Both the position numbers and the translations under genes were made by a program. DNA of 64,000 nt from assembly GCA_028872915.1 (NCBI GenBank), contig JAGWNY010000007.1:11820-75819 (forward strand), read 5' to 3'. The notes under the pieces were generated by a model that was given only the letters and a program-made list of their open reading frames with translations, was not told where the DNA came from and ran no database searches. Within the stretch, counting starts at the first letter, position 1. Every line of letters starts with the position of its first letter. This DNA is from Verrucomicrobiota bacterium (lineage in GTDB: Bacteria; Verrucomicrobiota; Verrucomicrobiia; Limisphaerales; UBA11358). Shown in pieces: positions 55,860 through 64,000 of the stretch.

Positions 55860-57584
55860 TCAGCGTAACGGCAGCAGAATCCGAACCGTCGTTCCCCGCC
55901 CGTTGCGCGAGAGAATGCGGATGCCGCCGTGGTGGGTTTCGATGATCCGGCCGACAATCGCCAACCCCAGCCCGGCGCCCTTGGATTTGGTGGTGGCCAG
56001 CATGGTTGTAAAAGCCTGGCGGCGCAGTTCCTTGCTCATGCCCTTGCCGGTGTCCCTGAACTCCACCGAGACGTGGTTCGGTATTTCCGCAGTGGCTGGC
56101 ACACGAACGGCGCGGGTGCGGACGGTCAGCGTTCCGCCGTCGGGCATGGCTTCGGCGGCGTTGAGGAGGAGGTTCAAAAAGACCTGTTCGAGTTGCTGGG
56201 CGTCGCCCATGACCAGGGGCAAATCCGCCTGCAATTGGGCGAGGCGCCTGACATTTTGATTGGCGAGCTTGTGCCGGACGAGCAGGCCCAATTCATCAAT
56301 GAGTTCGTTGATATTGACCGGCGCCATGCGCGGCTCGGTGGTGCGGGCAAAGGCAAGGATTTGTTCGACGATTTTGTTGAGATGCCCGATTTTGGCGTCA
56401 ATGAGGCGGGCGTCCTTGGCGCGCGGATCGCCCGGGGGAAACTGCAAATTGAGCGAATGATAGAGCAGTTTCATGACCGTGAGCGGGTTGCGGATTTCGT
56501 GGGCGACTTCGGCGGCCAGGAGGCCCAGGGCGGATAATTTTTCGTTCTGCCGCAACTGTTCCTCCACGTCCACCACGCGCTCGTAAAGCCGCGCTTTTTC
56601 GATGGCGATGGCGGACAATTCGGCCAGGGCGATCAGGATGTGGATTTCCTCGTTGGAAAAATGGTAGGGCCGTCCGGTATAAACGTTCAGTGTGCCAATG
56701 GCCTGGCCGGAGAAAAGGAGCGGCACGCTGAGCAGTGAAACCAGTCCTTCCCGCCGCGCCAACTCGACGTTTTGATAACGGGTGGAGGTCTGGACATTTT
56801 CCAGTTGGAGCGGTTTCTTGCGCCGCACGACGACCCCCAGGACGCTGTCTTCAACGCTCAGGCGCGGCTTTTTCGTATAGGCCTCGCCGGCGCCGTGGCT
56901 CGCGCGCAGGGCGAGCCATTCGCGGCGCTCGTCAAGCATCATAATGGAGCAGGTGCGCGCGTGCATGAGTTCGCACGCCTCGCGGGTGATGGCGCGCAGG
57001 GCTTCATCCAGATTGAGAGTGGAATTGATGGCCCGGCTGACGGCGGCCAGCGATTCAAAGAGCCGGGCCTTCAACCGCAACTGCTCGTATAGCCAGGTGT
57101 TTTGAATCACCTTGGCGGCCTGGCGCGCCAGCTCCTGGAGCACTTCCTGGTCCTGGACGCTGAAAGCGTCGCGGCGGTCGGAATCCACATTCAAGACGCC
57201 GCGAACTTCGCCATTGACCTCCAGCGGCACCGCCAACTCGGATTTGACGCCGCGCCGCGCCGCGACATAACGGCGATCCTGGCGGACGTCGCCCACGCGC
57301 GCCGGTTTCCCCGAACGCGCGACCCAGCCCGTGATGCCTTCGCCCACCCGCAATTTAAGCTTTGTACCGGCCGCCGGGAGGCGTTCCGAGGCCGAAATTT
57401 CCAGAAGACCGGTATTGGGATTGATGAGGATGACGGAGCCGCTGGAAGCGTGCATAAGCCGGACGGCTTCGCGGACGATGAGTTGCAGGGCTTCCTGTGG
57501 GTCCAGCGTGGAATGAATGACGTTGCTGACCTGATAGAGCAGGCGCAGTCGTTCCAGAAGCACTTTTAAAGGTTCATCATTCAT
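55860..57584 (-). CDS. Cytoplasmic GAF-GAF sensor histidine kinase
   Basis: Two GAF domains (GEGITGWVARSGKPARVGDV...ELAVPLEVNGEVRGVLNVDS, and a second copy ending LLSVPLLFSGQAIGTLNVY). H-box LLAAEVAHEIRNPLT. HATPase FRDTGKGM...GAGLGLAIV. The ATG at 57582-57584 overlaps the lptG stop (ATGA). The 90-aa track extension is not kinase-like. Confidence 0.85.
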   Translation of the reverse strand: MNDEPLKVLLERLRLLYQVSNVIHSTLDPQEALQLIVREAVRLMHASSGSVILINPNTGLLEISASERLPAAGTKLKLRVGEGITGWVARSGKPARVGDVRQDRRYVAARRGVKSELAVPLEVNGEVRGVLNVDSDRRDAFSVQDQEVLQELARQAAKVIQNTWLYEQLRLKARLFESLAAVSRAINSTLNLDEALRAITREACELMHARTCSIMMLDERREWLALRASHGAGEAYTKKPRLSVEDSVLGVVVRRKKPLQLENVQTSTRYQNVELARREGLVSLLSVPLLFSGQAIGTLNVYTGRPYHFSNEEIHILIALAELSAIAIEKARLYERVVDVEEQLRQNEKLSALGLLAAEVAHEIRNPLTVMKLLYHSLNLQFPPGDPRAKDARLIDAKIGHLNKIVEQILAFARTTEPRMAPVNINELIDELGLLVRHKLANQNVRRLAQLQADLPLVMGDAQQLEQVFLNLLLNAAEAMPDGGTLTVRTRAVRVPATAEIPNHVSVEFRDTGKGMSKELRRQAFTTMLATTKSKGAGLGLAIVGRIIETHHGGIRILSRNGRGTTVRILLPLR

Positions 57585-58678
57585 CGCACGCGCGCCGTGA
57601 GGAAGAGGCCCGCGGCGCCAAAAACGAAATTTGGCAACCATGCCGCCAGCCAGCCGGGCCAATGGCCGCCCGACCCCATCGCAATGCTGACCTGTTGCAC
57701 GACAATATACAGGAAACAGATGAAGATGCTTCCGGCAACGCCGAAAAAAAGATTGCGGCGACCGGAGGGCGCGCCGAAGGGAATCGCAATGAGCACCACC
57801 ACCAGACACGTCCAGGGCGCGGCCAGATGTTGTTGCAGTTCGGTGCGCAGCCATTGGGCGCGCGCATCAGGCAGAATGCGGAAATAATCCAGAATGTCGG
57901 CCAGTGGAACGAGTTTTTTTCGGATGCCCAAGCGTTCGTATTCATTGATTTTCATTTGAATATGAATTTCGCGGGGTGTTTCGGTGAATTCGGGCACGGA
58001 CAGCGCGTTCGTCTGGAGCAATGGCTTGAATTGGCCGCCGGGCGCGGCCTGGGCGTCTTCGGTGGCATCGAAAAACACCCACGCGCCGTTTGTAAAGACG
58101 GCGCGGCCGGCGTTCAATTCGCGGCCCAGGCCGGCGGGCGAAATCCAGTTGACCTGCGGCTGGAACAATTCGCCCGTGCGGTAATCAAAGCGGGTAAAGC
58201 CCCAGATGCGATGGGATCGGTCATTTTGAAACCGCGGCTCTTTTTGGGCTGCCACTGGTGCCTTGTGGATGTAGCGGCCCAGGATTGCGGTGGCCCAGTC
58301 GTCGCTGCGTGGCGCGGAGAATTCATTCAATGCGAACAGGGCGAGGCTCGCGACGAATCCCATGAAAAAATAAGGCACGGAAATGCGCCACAGACTGATG
58401 CCGGTGGCGCGCATGGCGGTGATTTCGTTGTGGCGGGCCAGATGAGTGAGCGTGTAAAGAAGCGCGAGGAGCAAGGCGATGGGCAGGGCGGTGACCAGAA
58501 AACCCGGCGTCCACGCCACGCACAATTCCACCACGTCCCAAAAATGGAGTTTGGCCGCCTGCAATTCGTCCAATTGCGTGAAAAGGTTGTAGGAAATCCA
58601 GAAAATGAGAAAACCGCCGAGGCTGTAGGCCAGGGGCGCAAGCAATTCGCGGAACAAATACCGATCAAGCAGCCGCAT
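57581..58678 (-). CDS. lptG: LptF/LptG family LPS export permease
   Basis: From the ATG at 58676-58678: MRLLDRYLFRELLAPLAYSLGGFLIFWI..., 6 TM helices and a large periplasmic loop, matching the YjgP/YjgQ pattern. The choice between LptF and LptG is not secure. Confidence 0.8.
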   Translation of the reverse strand: MRLLDRYLFRELLAPLAYSLGGFLIFWISYNLFTQLDELQAAKLHFWDVVELCVAWTPGFLVTALPIALLLALLYTLTHLARHNEITAMRATGISLWRISVPYFFMGFVASLALFALNEFSAPRSDDWATAILGRYIHKAPVAAQKEPRFQNDRSHRIWGFTRFDYRTGELFQPQVNWISPAGLGRELNAGRAVFTNGAWVFFDATEDAQAAPGGQFKPLLQTNALSVPEFTETPREIHIQMKINEYERLGIRKKLVPLADILDYFRILPDARAQWLRTELQQHLAAPWTCLVVVLIAIPFGAPSGRRNLFFGVAGSIFICFLYIVVQQVSIAMGSGGHWPGWLAAWLPNFVFGAAGLFLTARVR

Positions 58679-58731
58679 TGCGCGCAGGGTATTCGGCGGC
58701 GCGTCACGGGGGCAAGATTTGTTGCTCGCGG

Positions 58732-60117
58732 CTACTGTTCCGCCCTGCGCCAGCTCCACGCCAGGCATCTCTTTGTCCGCGGCGTCACTTTGAATTCCTC
58801 CGCAATCCGCAAACCTTCCACCCAGAAAAGAACGCCGTTTTCAGCCGCAGCCACGGCCAGCCGCCGTCTTTGCGGGCGTGGGATTTTTGCGTTGGTCAGG
58901 AGGTCCTGCAACTTGACGGCCGATCTCATGCCGATGGGCCGAAAGCGGTCGCCAGCCCGCCAATGCCGCAGCACAATGCTCCGTCCGATCTTTTCACGAT
59001 CAAATAATTCGCATCCCCTCTTTCCGCGCGACGGCGGGTGTTTCGGTGGGGCGGAGATGCGCCATTTGAATCGAACGCCGCCAAACGCCGCCTGGCCCGC
59101 CGCGTCCACGGCGGCGCGAAGCGCGGAATCATCGAACAGCGACTCCTCTTCTTCCCGCAACAGCACGCGGCCGTCCGCCGTTCGCGCCACGGAAAACTGT
59201 CTGCTGATGCTCGTGAAAACGCCCGCCGCCCCGCGGAGCGATTCAATGAGATCAAAATCCGGGCCGACGCCGGCGGCGGCCAGCTCGATCTCCAAAACGC
59301 GCCGTTGGATGGCTGGCGGCAGTTTTTCAAACGGCTCGTGCGCCGGACTCGCGGCCCGTCTGGCCCGGAGCCAGCGCCGGGCGGCCTCCCCGGCAAATTC
59401 CGATTCCGCGCCGACCACTTCCATCGCGCGCAGGACCGTCCGGGCCGTGGCGGGTTGATAATTTTTTTTGAGCAACGGCAGCAACTCGTTGCGAACGCGG
59501 TTGCGGAGATGCTCGTCGCTGAAATTGGTGGCGTCGTGCCGAAAGCGGATTTTATTTTCATCGGCAAACTGTTCCAATTCTGATTTTGGCAAATCCAGCA
59601 GCGGGCGAACGACAGGAATGGAAGGATCGGCGGGCGATGGCGAGCGCCAGTTCATGCCAGCCAGCCCGCGTCCACCCGCGCCGCGCAACAGGCGCAGGAA
59701 AAACAATTCCACCTGGTCATCCGCATGGTGGGCCAGGGCGATGGTCGCGATCTTCCGCTCCTGTGCGGTCCGGGCGAGAAATTCATGGCGCAATTGGCGC
59801 GCGGCGGTTTCGATGGACAGGCGCGATTGCCGGGCAAATTTTTTCACGTTGGCGCGCCTGGCGACAAACGGGAGGTCCAACGCCCGTGCTGTTTTGCGCA
59901 CCAGTTGTTCATCGGCATCGGCAGCGCGTCCGCGCAGGCGATGGTTCAAGTGTGCCACGACAATTTTCCAGGAATGATTTCTGGACAAGGCGGCAAGGGC
60001 ATGCAGCAGGGCCATGGAATCCAATCCGCCGGAAACAGCGGCCAGCAGCTTCTGCCCTGGTTTCAGGAGCCGGCGGTTTCGGATGTTTTGTTCGATGCGT
60101 TGAAGCAGATCGGCCAC
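58732..60117 (-). CDS. tilS: tRNA(Ile)-lysidine synthase
   Basis: PP-loop LLAAVSGGLDSMALLH, with LAHHADDQVE and RPLL. GTG start at 60115-60117. Confidence 0.9.
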   Translation of the reverse strand: MADLLQRIEQNIRNRRLLKPGQKLLAAVSGGLDSMALLHALAALSRNHSWKIVVAHLNHRLRGRAADADEQLVRKTARALDLPFVARRANVKKFARQSRLSIETAARQLRHEFLARTAQERKIATIALAHHADDQVELFFLRLLRGAGGRGLAGMNWRSPSPADPSIPVVRPLLDLPKSELEQFADENKIRFRHDATNFSDEHLRNRVRNELLPLLKKNYQPATARTVLRAMEVVGAESEFAGEAARRWLRARRAASPAHEPFEKLPPAIQRRVLEIELAAAGVGPDFDLIESLRGAAGVFTSISRQFSVARTADGRVLLREEEESLFDDSALRAAVDAAGQAAFGGVRFKWRISAPPKHPPSRGKRGCELFDREKIGRSIVLRHWRAGDRFRPIGMRSAVKLQDLLTNAKIPRPQRRRLAVAAAENGVLFWVEGLRIAEEFKVTPRTKRCLAWSWRRAEQ

Positions 60118-60289
60118 GCGCCCATGCTACTTCATCATAGGACGGCGGCAAGCGCCGCAAGATCGGAGCGCGGCTGGGTCGAAGACCAGCCGCGGCAATG
60201 TTCCCAGCCACAAATTTTATGTGAGTGGCGCGTTGGCGCAACGGCTTCCCGGTTCATGGCCCCGATGCGCGAACTTTTTCAGGGAATTT

Positions 60290-60739
60290 TCAATGCGACC
60301 ACAATACCACAAACGAATTTTCGGCCCCGGCCCCGGCCACCAGGAGATGGCCATGGTGCAAGGATTCGGTAATCCGGCCCACGGTCACGCCGCCCGATGT
60401 CAATGTCACTTCCACCTGCCAGGCGCCGAGGTTCTTTATCGAAACCCGGCAATTTTGGCTTAAATCCACGTCACGCGTCCGCCCGCCGCCGATCGAAATC
60501 TTCTTTCCGCTCACGACGTAATAGTATTTCCATTTGAGCGGGAGATGCTTCAATTTTTTTTCAATATCCCTGGCCACCGACCGGAGATGCGAATGGCCCT
60601 GTTCAGGCTGATTGACGCCCAAAACAAGTTGCACCTCCAATCGCAAGCCCCCCTTGGCCGCATGTGCCGTGGCCCCCGTAAGCCAAAACGCGGCCAGCGC
60701 CATGCATGCCAGCCGCCCCGCGGAAAACCATTTTGTCAT
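60290..60739 (-). CDS. Small secreted hypothetical protein (third gene of the ECF sigma operon)
   Basis: Signal peptide MTKWFSAGRLACMALAAFWLTGATAHA. It starts 3 nt after the anti-sigma stop. No family recognised. Confidence 0.5.
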   Translation of the reverse strand: MTKWFSAGRLACMALAAFWLTGATAHAAKGGLRLEVQLVLGVNQPEQGHSHLRSVARDIEKKLKHLPLKWKYYYVVSGKKISIGGGRTRDVDLSQNCRVSIKNLGAWQVEVTLTSGGVTVGRITESLHHGHLLVAGAGAENSFVVLWSH

Positions 60740-60741
60740 AA

Positions 60742-61236
60742 TTAAAATTCCCTTGTTGGAGGCGCTTCTTGGTCCGTCGAAAACCAGACCAATGTCGCCC
60801 CGTCCGCCTGGTCCTGATACGTTGCCGCGTCACAACCAGACTGCGTCGTTTCAACCATGAGCGTATCGGCGCTCGCGTCCGCCGCCCCGCCATTTTCAGC
60901 GGGATTTCGCAGCCACACAACCAGAAAACAGACCGCCATTGCTGCAATGGGCCACAGCGCGCGCCGCCAACCCAACGCCACGGCCGATCGAGGCTCACCT
61001 TGCCGTTCAAGCTCTTGAATCCCCCGCCTGATGCCGGACCAGTAAAACTCCCGGCTTTGGGCCAGAATCGGGCGCGGCGCACCCTGCACAAGCGTTTCCC
61101 GGATGCTCTTGAGCCCCGCATGCAACGATGCAGCGTCCGGGTCTCGTAGCGTCATTTCGGCCACGCGCCGCGCCTTGCGGACACTCAGTTCCCCGTCCAG
61201 CAACGCCTGCACATCCAGTTGTTGTTCATTCGTCAT
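60742..61236 (-). CDS. Putative anti-sigma factor (single-pass membrane protein)
   Basis: It lies immediately downstream of the ECF sigma gene. N-terminal LLDGELS is typical of anti-sigma N-termini, and the central TM helix is LWPIAAMAVCFLVVWL. Confidence 0.55.
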   Translation of the reverse strand: MTNEQQLDVQALLDGELSVRKARRVAEMTLRDPDAASLHAGLKSIRETLVQGAPRPILAQSREFYWSGIRRGIQELERQGEPRSAVALGWRRALWPIAAMAVCFLVVWLRNPAENGGAADASADTLMVETTQSGCDAATYQDQADGATLVWFSTDQEAPPTREF

Positions 61237-61287
61237 GCCAAAATCCGCTCCTCCCGGCCAAATGTTATCAAATTCAACCCAAACTGC

Positions 61288-61881
61288 CTAAATCTCCTCA
61301 TCCTTTTTCACATCGGCAAGCAGTGCCGCCATTCTTCGTCGCGCATAAAAGAGCCGCGACATCACCGTCCCGGTCGAACACCCCATGATCCGGGCAATTT
61401 CCTTGTATCCCAAAGCCTCAAATTCATGCAATACGAGCACCGTCCGGTGAGCGTCGGACAGCCGCCCAAGCGCGGCGTCAATCCTTTGCCGCAGTTCTGA
61501 CAGTTCCAGACGCTCCGTGGGATTTATGGTTACGGGCGGCAAACTTTGTTCGCCCGGCACGGCATCGAGCAGTTCAATGGATTCGGTCCGCAGCCGCTTT
61601 TGCTGACGCAGCCGATCCAGGCAAAGGTTGATCACAATGCGCGTCATCCATGTGCCAAAGGCCGATTCAAACTGAAACTGGCCCAGCCGTTGCCAACCCT
61701 TGATCCATGCTTCTTGTGAAAGATCAATTGCCTCATCTTCATTCCGCATTATGCTGATGGCGCGGGCATGGACTTGATCCCGATGCCGGGCCACCAATTC
61801 TTCAAAGGCCTCCGTGTCCCCGTCCCGGGCCGCCCTTGCAAGCGTTGCATCATCAGCCGTGGAATAACCTTTTCCTAACAT
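61288..61881 (-). CDS. ECF-type RNA polymerase sigma factor (sigma-70 family)
   Basis: Region 2: AFEELVARHRDQVHARAISIMRNEDEAIDLSQEAWIKGW...FGTWMTRIVINLCLDRLR. Region 4: RTVLVLHEFEALGYKEIARIMGCSTGTVMSRLFYARR. ATG at 61879-61881; the track start at 61914 is TTG. Confidence 0.88.
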   Translation of the reverse strand: MLGKGYSTADDATLARAARDGDTEAFEELVARHRDQVHARAISIMRNEDEAIDLSQEAWIKGWQRLGQFQFESAFGTWMTRIVINLCLDRLRQQKRLRTESIELLDAVPGEQSLPPVTINPTERLELSELRQRIDAALGRLSDAHRTVLVLHEFEALGYKEIARIMGCSTGTVMSRLFYARRRMAALLADVKKDEEI

Positions 61882-62018
61882 GGATTGGACGGGGAACGGT
61901 GCGATTTTATTCAACTACATGGCGCAATCCAGATGAAAAGACAGTCCCCCGCCATTGGCCGCCTGGATAAGCGCCGGTTGGCGCGCGGCGGCGCCGGCAG
62001 TTCGCGGATTGGGAACTG

Positions 62019-62681
62019 TCAAATCTTTCCCTTTGTAGTCGGCAGCCGGCCGCCGAGACGCGGGTCCCGCCGGCTGGCGGCATCCGTCGCGCGGGCGAAC
62101 GCTTTGAAGAGCGACTCAACAATGTGATGCGGTTCATTGCCATAAAGCAGCTCCACGTGCAAATTGCAACGCGCCTCGTTGGCAAAGGCCTGAAAAAATT
62201 CCCGCGCCAACCCAAAACGGAACGCGCTGGAGGCGTCCTGCCCCCTGTCGCCATCCGGGATTTTTTTTTGCTGGAATTGGTCCAGGCCCCGCCAGACAAA
62301 ATGCGGACGCCCGCCAAAGTCAATGACGCAACGGGCCAGGCATTCGTCCATCGGCACATAGGCTTCGCCGGTAAACGGGTTCTTGGGGTGGAAGCCGGCG
62401 CCGTAACGGCGGATGCCCCGTTTGTCGCCAAGCGCGCCGGCAAACGCCTGGCCGAGAGCGATCCCGCAATCCTCAACCGTGTGGTGCGCGTCCACTTCAA
62501 GGTCCCCCTTGCAATTCAGCCTCAAATCCATCACCGCGTGTTTGGCGAACAGCGCAAGCATGTGATCAAAAAACGGGATGCCGGTTTTGACCGAAGAGCG
62601 GCCATTGCCGTCCAAATTGAGGCTTGCGGAAATTTTCGTCTCGTTGGTCCGCCGCAAAACAACGGCCTGTCGGCTTTTCAT
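62019..62681 (-). CDS. hisB: Imidazoleglycerol-phosphate dehydratase
   Basis: RRTNETKISASLNLDG, GIPFFDHML, DLEVDAHHTVEDCGIALG and GNEPHHIVESLFKAF. Confidence 0.93.
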   Translation of the reverse strand: MKSRQAVVLRRTNETKISASLNLDGNGRSSVKTGIPFFDHMLALFAKHAVMDLRLNCKGDLEVDAHHTVEDCGIALGQAFAGALGDKRGIRRYGAGFHPKNPFTGEAYVPMDECLARCVIDFGGRPHFVWRGLDQFQQKKIPDGDRGQDASSAFRFGLAREFFQAFANEARCNLHVELLYGNEPHHIVESLFKAFARATDAASRRDPRLGGRLPTTKGKI

Positions 62682-62724
62682 TTTCCGGCATTAAAGCAGA
62701 AAATGCGGCGGGAGAAACGTTAAA

Positions 62725-63642
62725 TTACCGCGGAAAGGGCGAGCCGGGCGGTATCCATGGTTTCTGCGTCAGTTCATCAATATGTTTTTGAATGGCGGCG
62801 GGGCTGGGCGAAACGGTCTTTGCGAGACGCCAATGGGCAATCGCGGCATTGAAATTTCCGGCCTGTTCCTCCAGTTGACCCAGATTCGATTCCAATTGAT
62901 CAAGCAGAAATCGGTTGTCGAAATCGTTGCGCGCCCCCGCCGGCTCGGCGGCGACCTGCTGCTTCAACATTCGCACCCCCGCCTCCCATATTTCCCTCGC
63001 GCGTGGAATGTTGTGATAGTTTTCAAAATAAACCCGGCCCAATTCGAAAAGCAGTTCGGGATTGCCGGGGTTGTTCCGCAAGCCTGACCGGAGAACCTCC
63101 AGTGCCTCGCCTGGCTGATTGAGGCGGGTCCGCAGCCAGAACGCTGTCACAACGTAAGTTTGGATGTTTTCCGGGTCCAACTCGGCGGCAATTTTCAGCC
63201 AGGGCAGGATTTCAGCCACTTCATGGCTCTTGCTCAAATCGTCGGTCGGCCCGCCCTCGTCGAGGTGCGTATGGCGATCTGGAACAAAATGCCGGCCGAA
63301 CGCGTCTATCCAGTCCCGCGGCGGTCCCATGAATGTGGTTTCCTCGCCTTGATTATGGCTGGCCACGTCCCCGGTGTCAGCGGCGATGTGCGGCGTCTCG
63401 AACGCCTTGGTCTGGTCGAAAATCGTCGGATAATAACCGCTGTGATAATAGACGTCCGCCTCCACAAAAAATTGGTTTGCAAACAGGTCGCGGCTGTCTC
63501 CCAGCAAGATTCCATAAAAATTGTCATAGCGGGGATGCGCGCTCTCAATGGCCTGCAACCGCGGGCCAAGATCGGCAGCCAGCCCGAACGCGAGAATGAA
63601 AAATGCCGCCAGGGCCAGAAAATATGTTCGCGCGGCTGTCAC
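62725..63642 (-). CDS. TPR-repeat protein with an N-terminal membrane anchor
   Basis: A GTG at 63640-63642 lies 2 nt after the upstream stop and gives (V)TAARTYFLALAAFFILAFGLAA. TPR-like ALEVLRSGLRNNPGNPELLFELGRVYF and GNFNAAIAHWRLAK. The upstream part of the 423-aa track ORF overlaps a better membrane-protein frame. Confidence 0.55.
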   Translation of the reverse strand: MTAARTYFLALAAFFILAFGLAADLGPRLQAIESAHPRYDNFYGILLGDSRDLFANQFFVEADVYYHSGYYPTIFDQTKAFETPHIAADTGDVASHNQGEETTFMGPPRDWIDAFGRHFVPDRHTHLDEGGPTDDLSKSHEVAEILPWLKIAAELDPENIQTYVVTAFWLRTRLNQPGEALEVLRSGLRNNPGNPELLFELGRVYFENYHNIPRAREIWEAGVRMLKQQVAAEPAGARNDFDNRFLLDQLESNLGQLEEQAGNFNAAIAHWRLAKTVSPSPAAIQKHIDELTQKPWIPPGSPFPR

Positions 63643-63644
63643 GG

Positions 63645-64000
63645 TTAATTTACGGGCTTGCGTCGAAAAGCCAGGCACGCGGCGGCAAGGAAAACCACGA
63701 TGTAGGCAAAACCATAAAGCACGGCCAATCCAATGTATTTCCATTCCACCAGCGGCCAGTCGTGGATGATAAGGTTGCGCATGTCGAAAAATTCCAGGTG
63801 CGGCATCGCGTAATAAATTGCATACACGATTGATCGCCACGGCTCGGAAAGGGACAGCGCGATACGGTCCAAATACCGGCCCACCAGGAGGATGCCTGCC
63901 GCCACCACAAAACAAATGGTTGAGGTCGAGGAGGGCGCGGCAAAAACCAGCGAACCAAGCAATGTAAACGAAATAACCACCCCCAGCATCACCCAATGCA
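63645..64000 (-). CDS. Polytopic membrane protein, C-terminal part only (possibly an ABC-2-type permease); 5' end lies outside the window
   Basis: Frame 63645-63992 encodes clean TM helices (LGVVISFTLLGSLVFAA, ICFVVAAGILLVG, IGLAVLYGFAYIVVFLAAACLAF). The family assignment is tentative. Confidence 0.4.
   Translation of the reverse strand, partial: HWVMLGVVISFTLLGSLVFAAPSSTSTICFVVAAGILLVGRYLDRIALSLSEPWRSIVYAIYYAMPHLEFFDMRNLIIHDWPLVEWKYIGLAVLYGFAYIVVFLAAACLAFRRKPVN

Noticed and set aside
3574-62681. hisF, hisS and hisB all occur in the window. I considered a dispersed histidine regulon or attenuator.
   Set aside because: The genes are tens of kb apart with unrelated neighbours, and no leader peptide or T-box-like element is visible upstream. 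This is most likely ordinary scattering of his genes.
1-64000. I scanned by eye for CRISPR arrays, rRNA, IS elements, integrases, prophage genes, and toxin-antitoxin or restriction-modification genes.
   Set aside because: I found no regularly spaced short repeats, no rRNA-like sequence and no transposase, integrase or phage structural protein signatures in any frame. The only repeat I could verify is the intragenic duplication at 50518-51501.

Overview
GC-rich (roughly 60% by eye), densely coding chromosomal segment from a diderm bacterium (LptD and LptG are present). Protein styles suggest the PVC group or Verrucomicrobiota, but I cannot verify this without a search. About 50 genes are supportable. 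Most are housekeeping: rpsL-rpsG, lptD, hisF, tRNA-Leu(CAA), hisS, hemL, gatB, murJ, clpP-clpX, glmM, cdaA, folP, purF, fabI, ispD, dnaE, tilS, lptG and hisB. I saw no rRNA, CRISPR array, transposase or integrase. The ORF track accepts TTG/GTG starts and contains many long antisense shadow ORFs typical of high-GC DNA. I re-derived several starts by hand. Three regions stand out. (1) A translationally coupled pair at 44.0-45.6 kb sits in a visibly lower-GC patch between ctpA and ispD. It encodes an ABC/AAA_15-21-type ATPase and a 158-aa protein with a Toprim-like E...DxD pattern, and is my best candidate for an undescribed OLD/PARIS-like defence module. (2) An overlapping three-gene operon at 8.9-14.5 kb has the gene order and unusual domain logic of the Ralstonia phcB-phcS-phcR quorum-sensing cassette, with a much more elaborate HK-REC-HK sensor. 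(3) A membrane-anchored GrpE-like protein lies at 17.9-18.7 kb. Other notable items are a folP-cdaA-cdaR-glmM c-di-AMP cluster, a MoxR-DUF58-transglutaminase operon, a large secreted CAP-domain protein with a DNA-level tandem repeat, and a tilS-lptG-histidine kinase string joined by an ATGA overlap.
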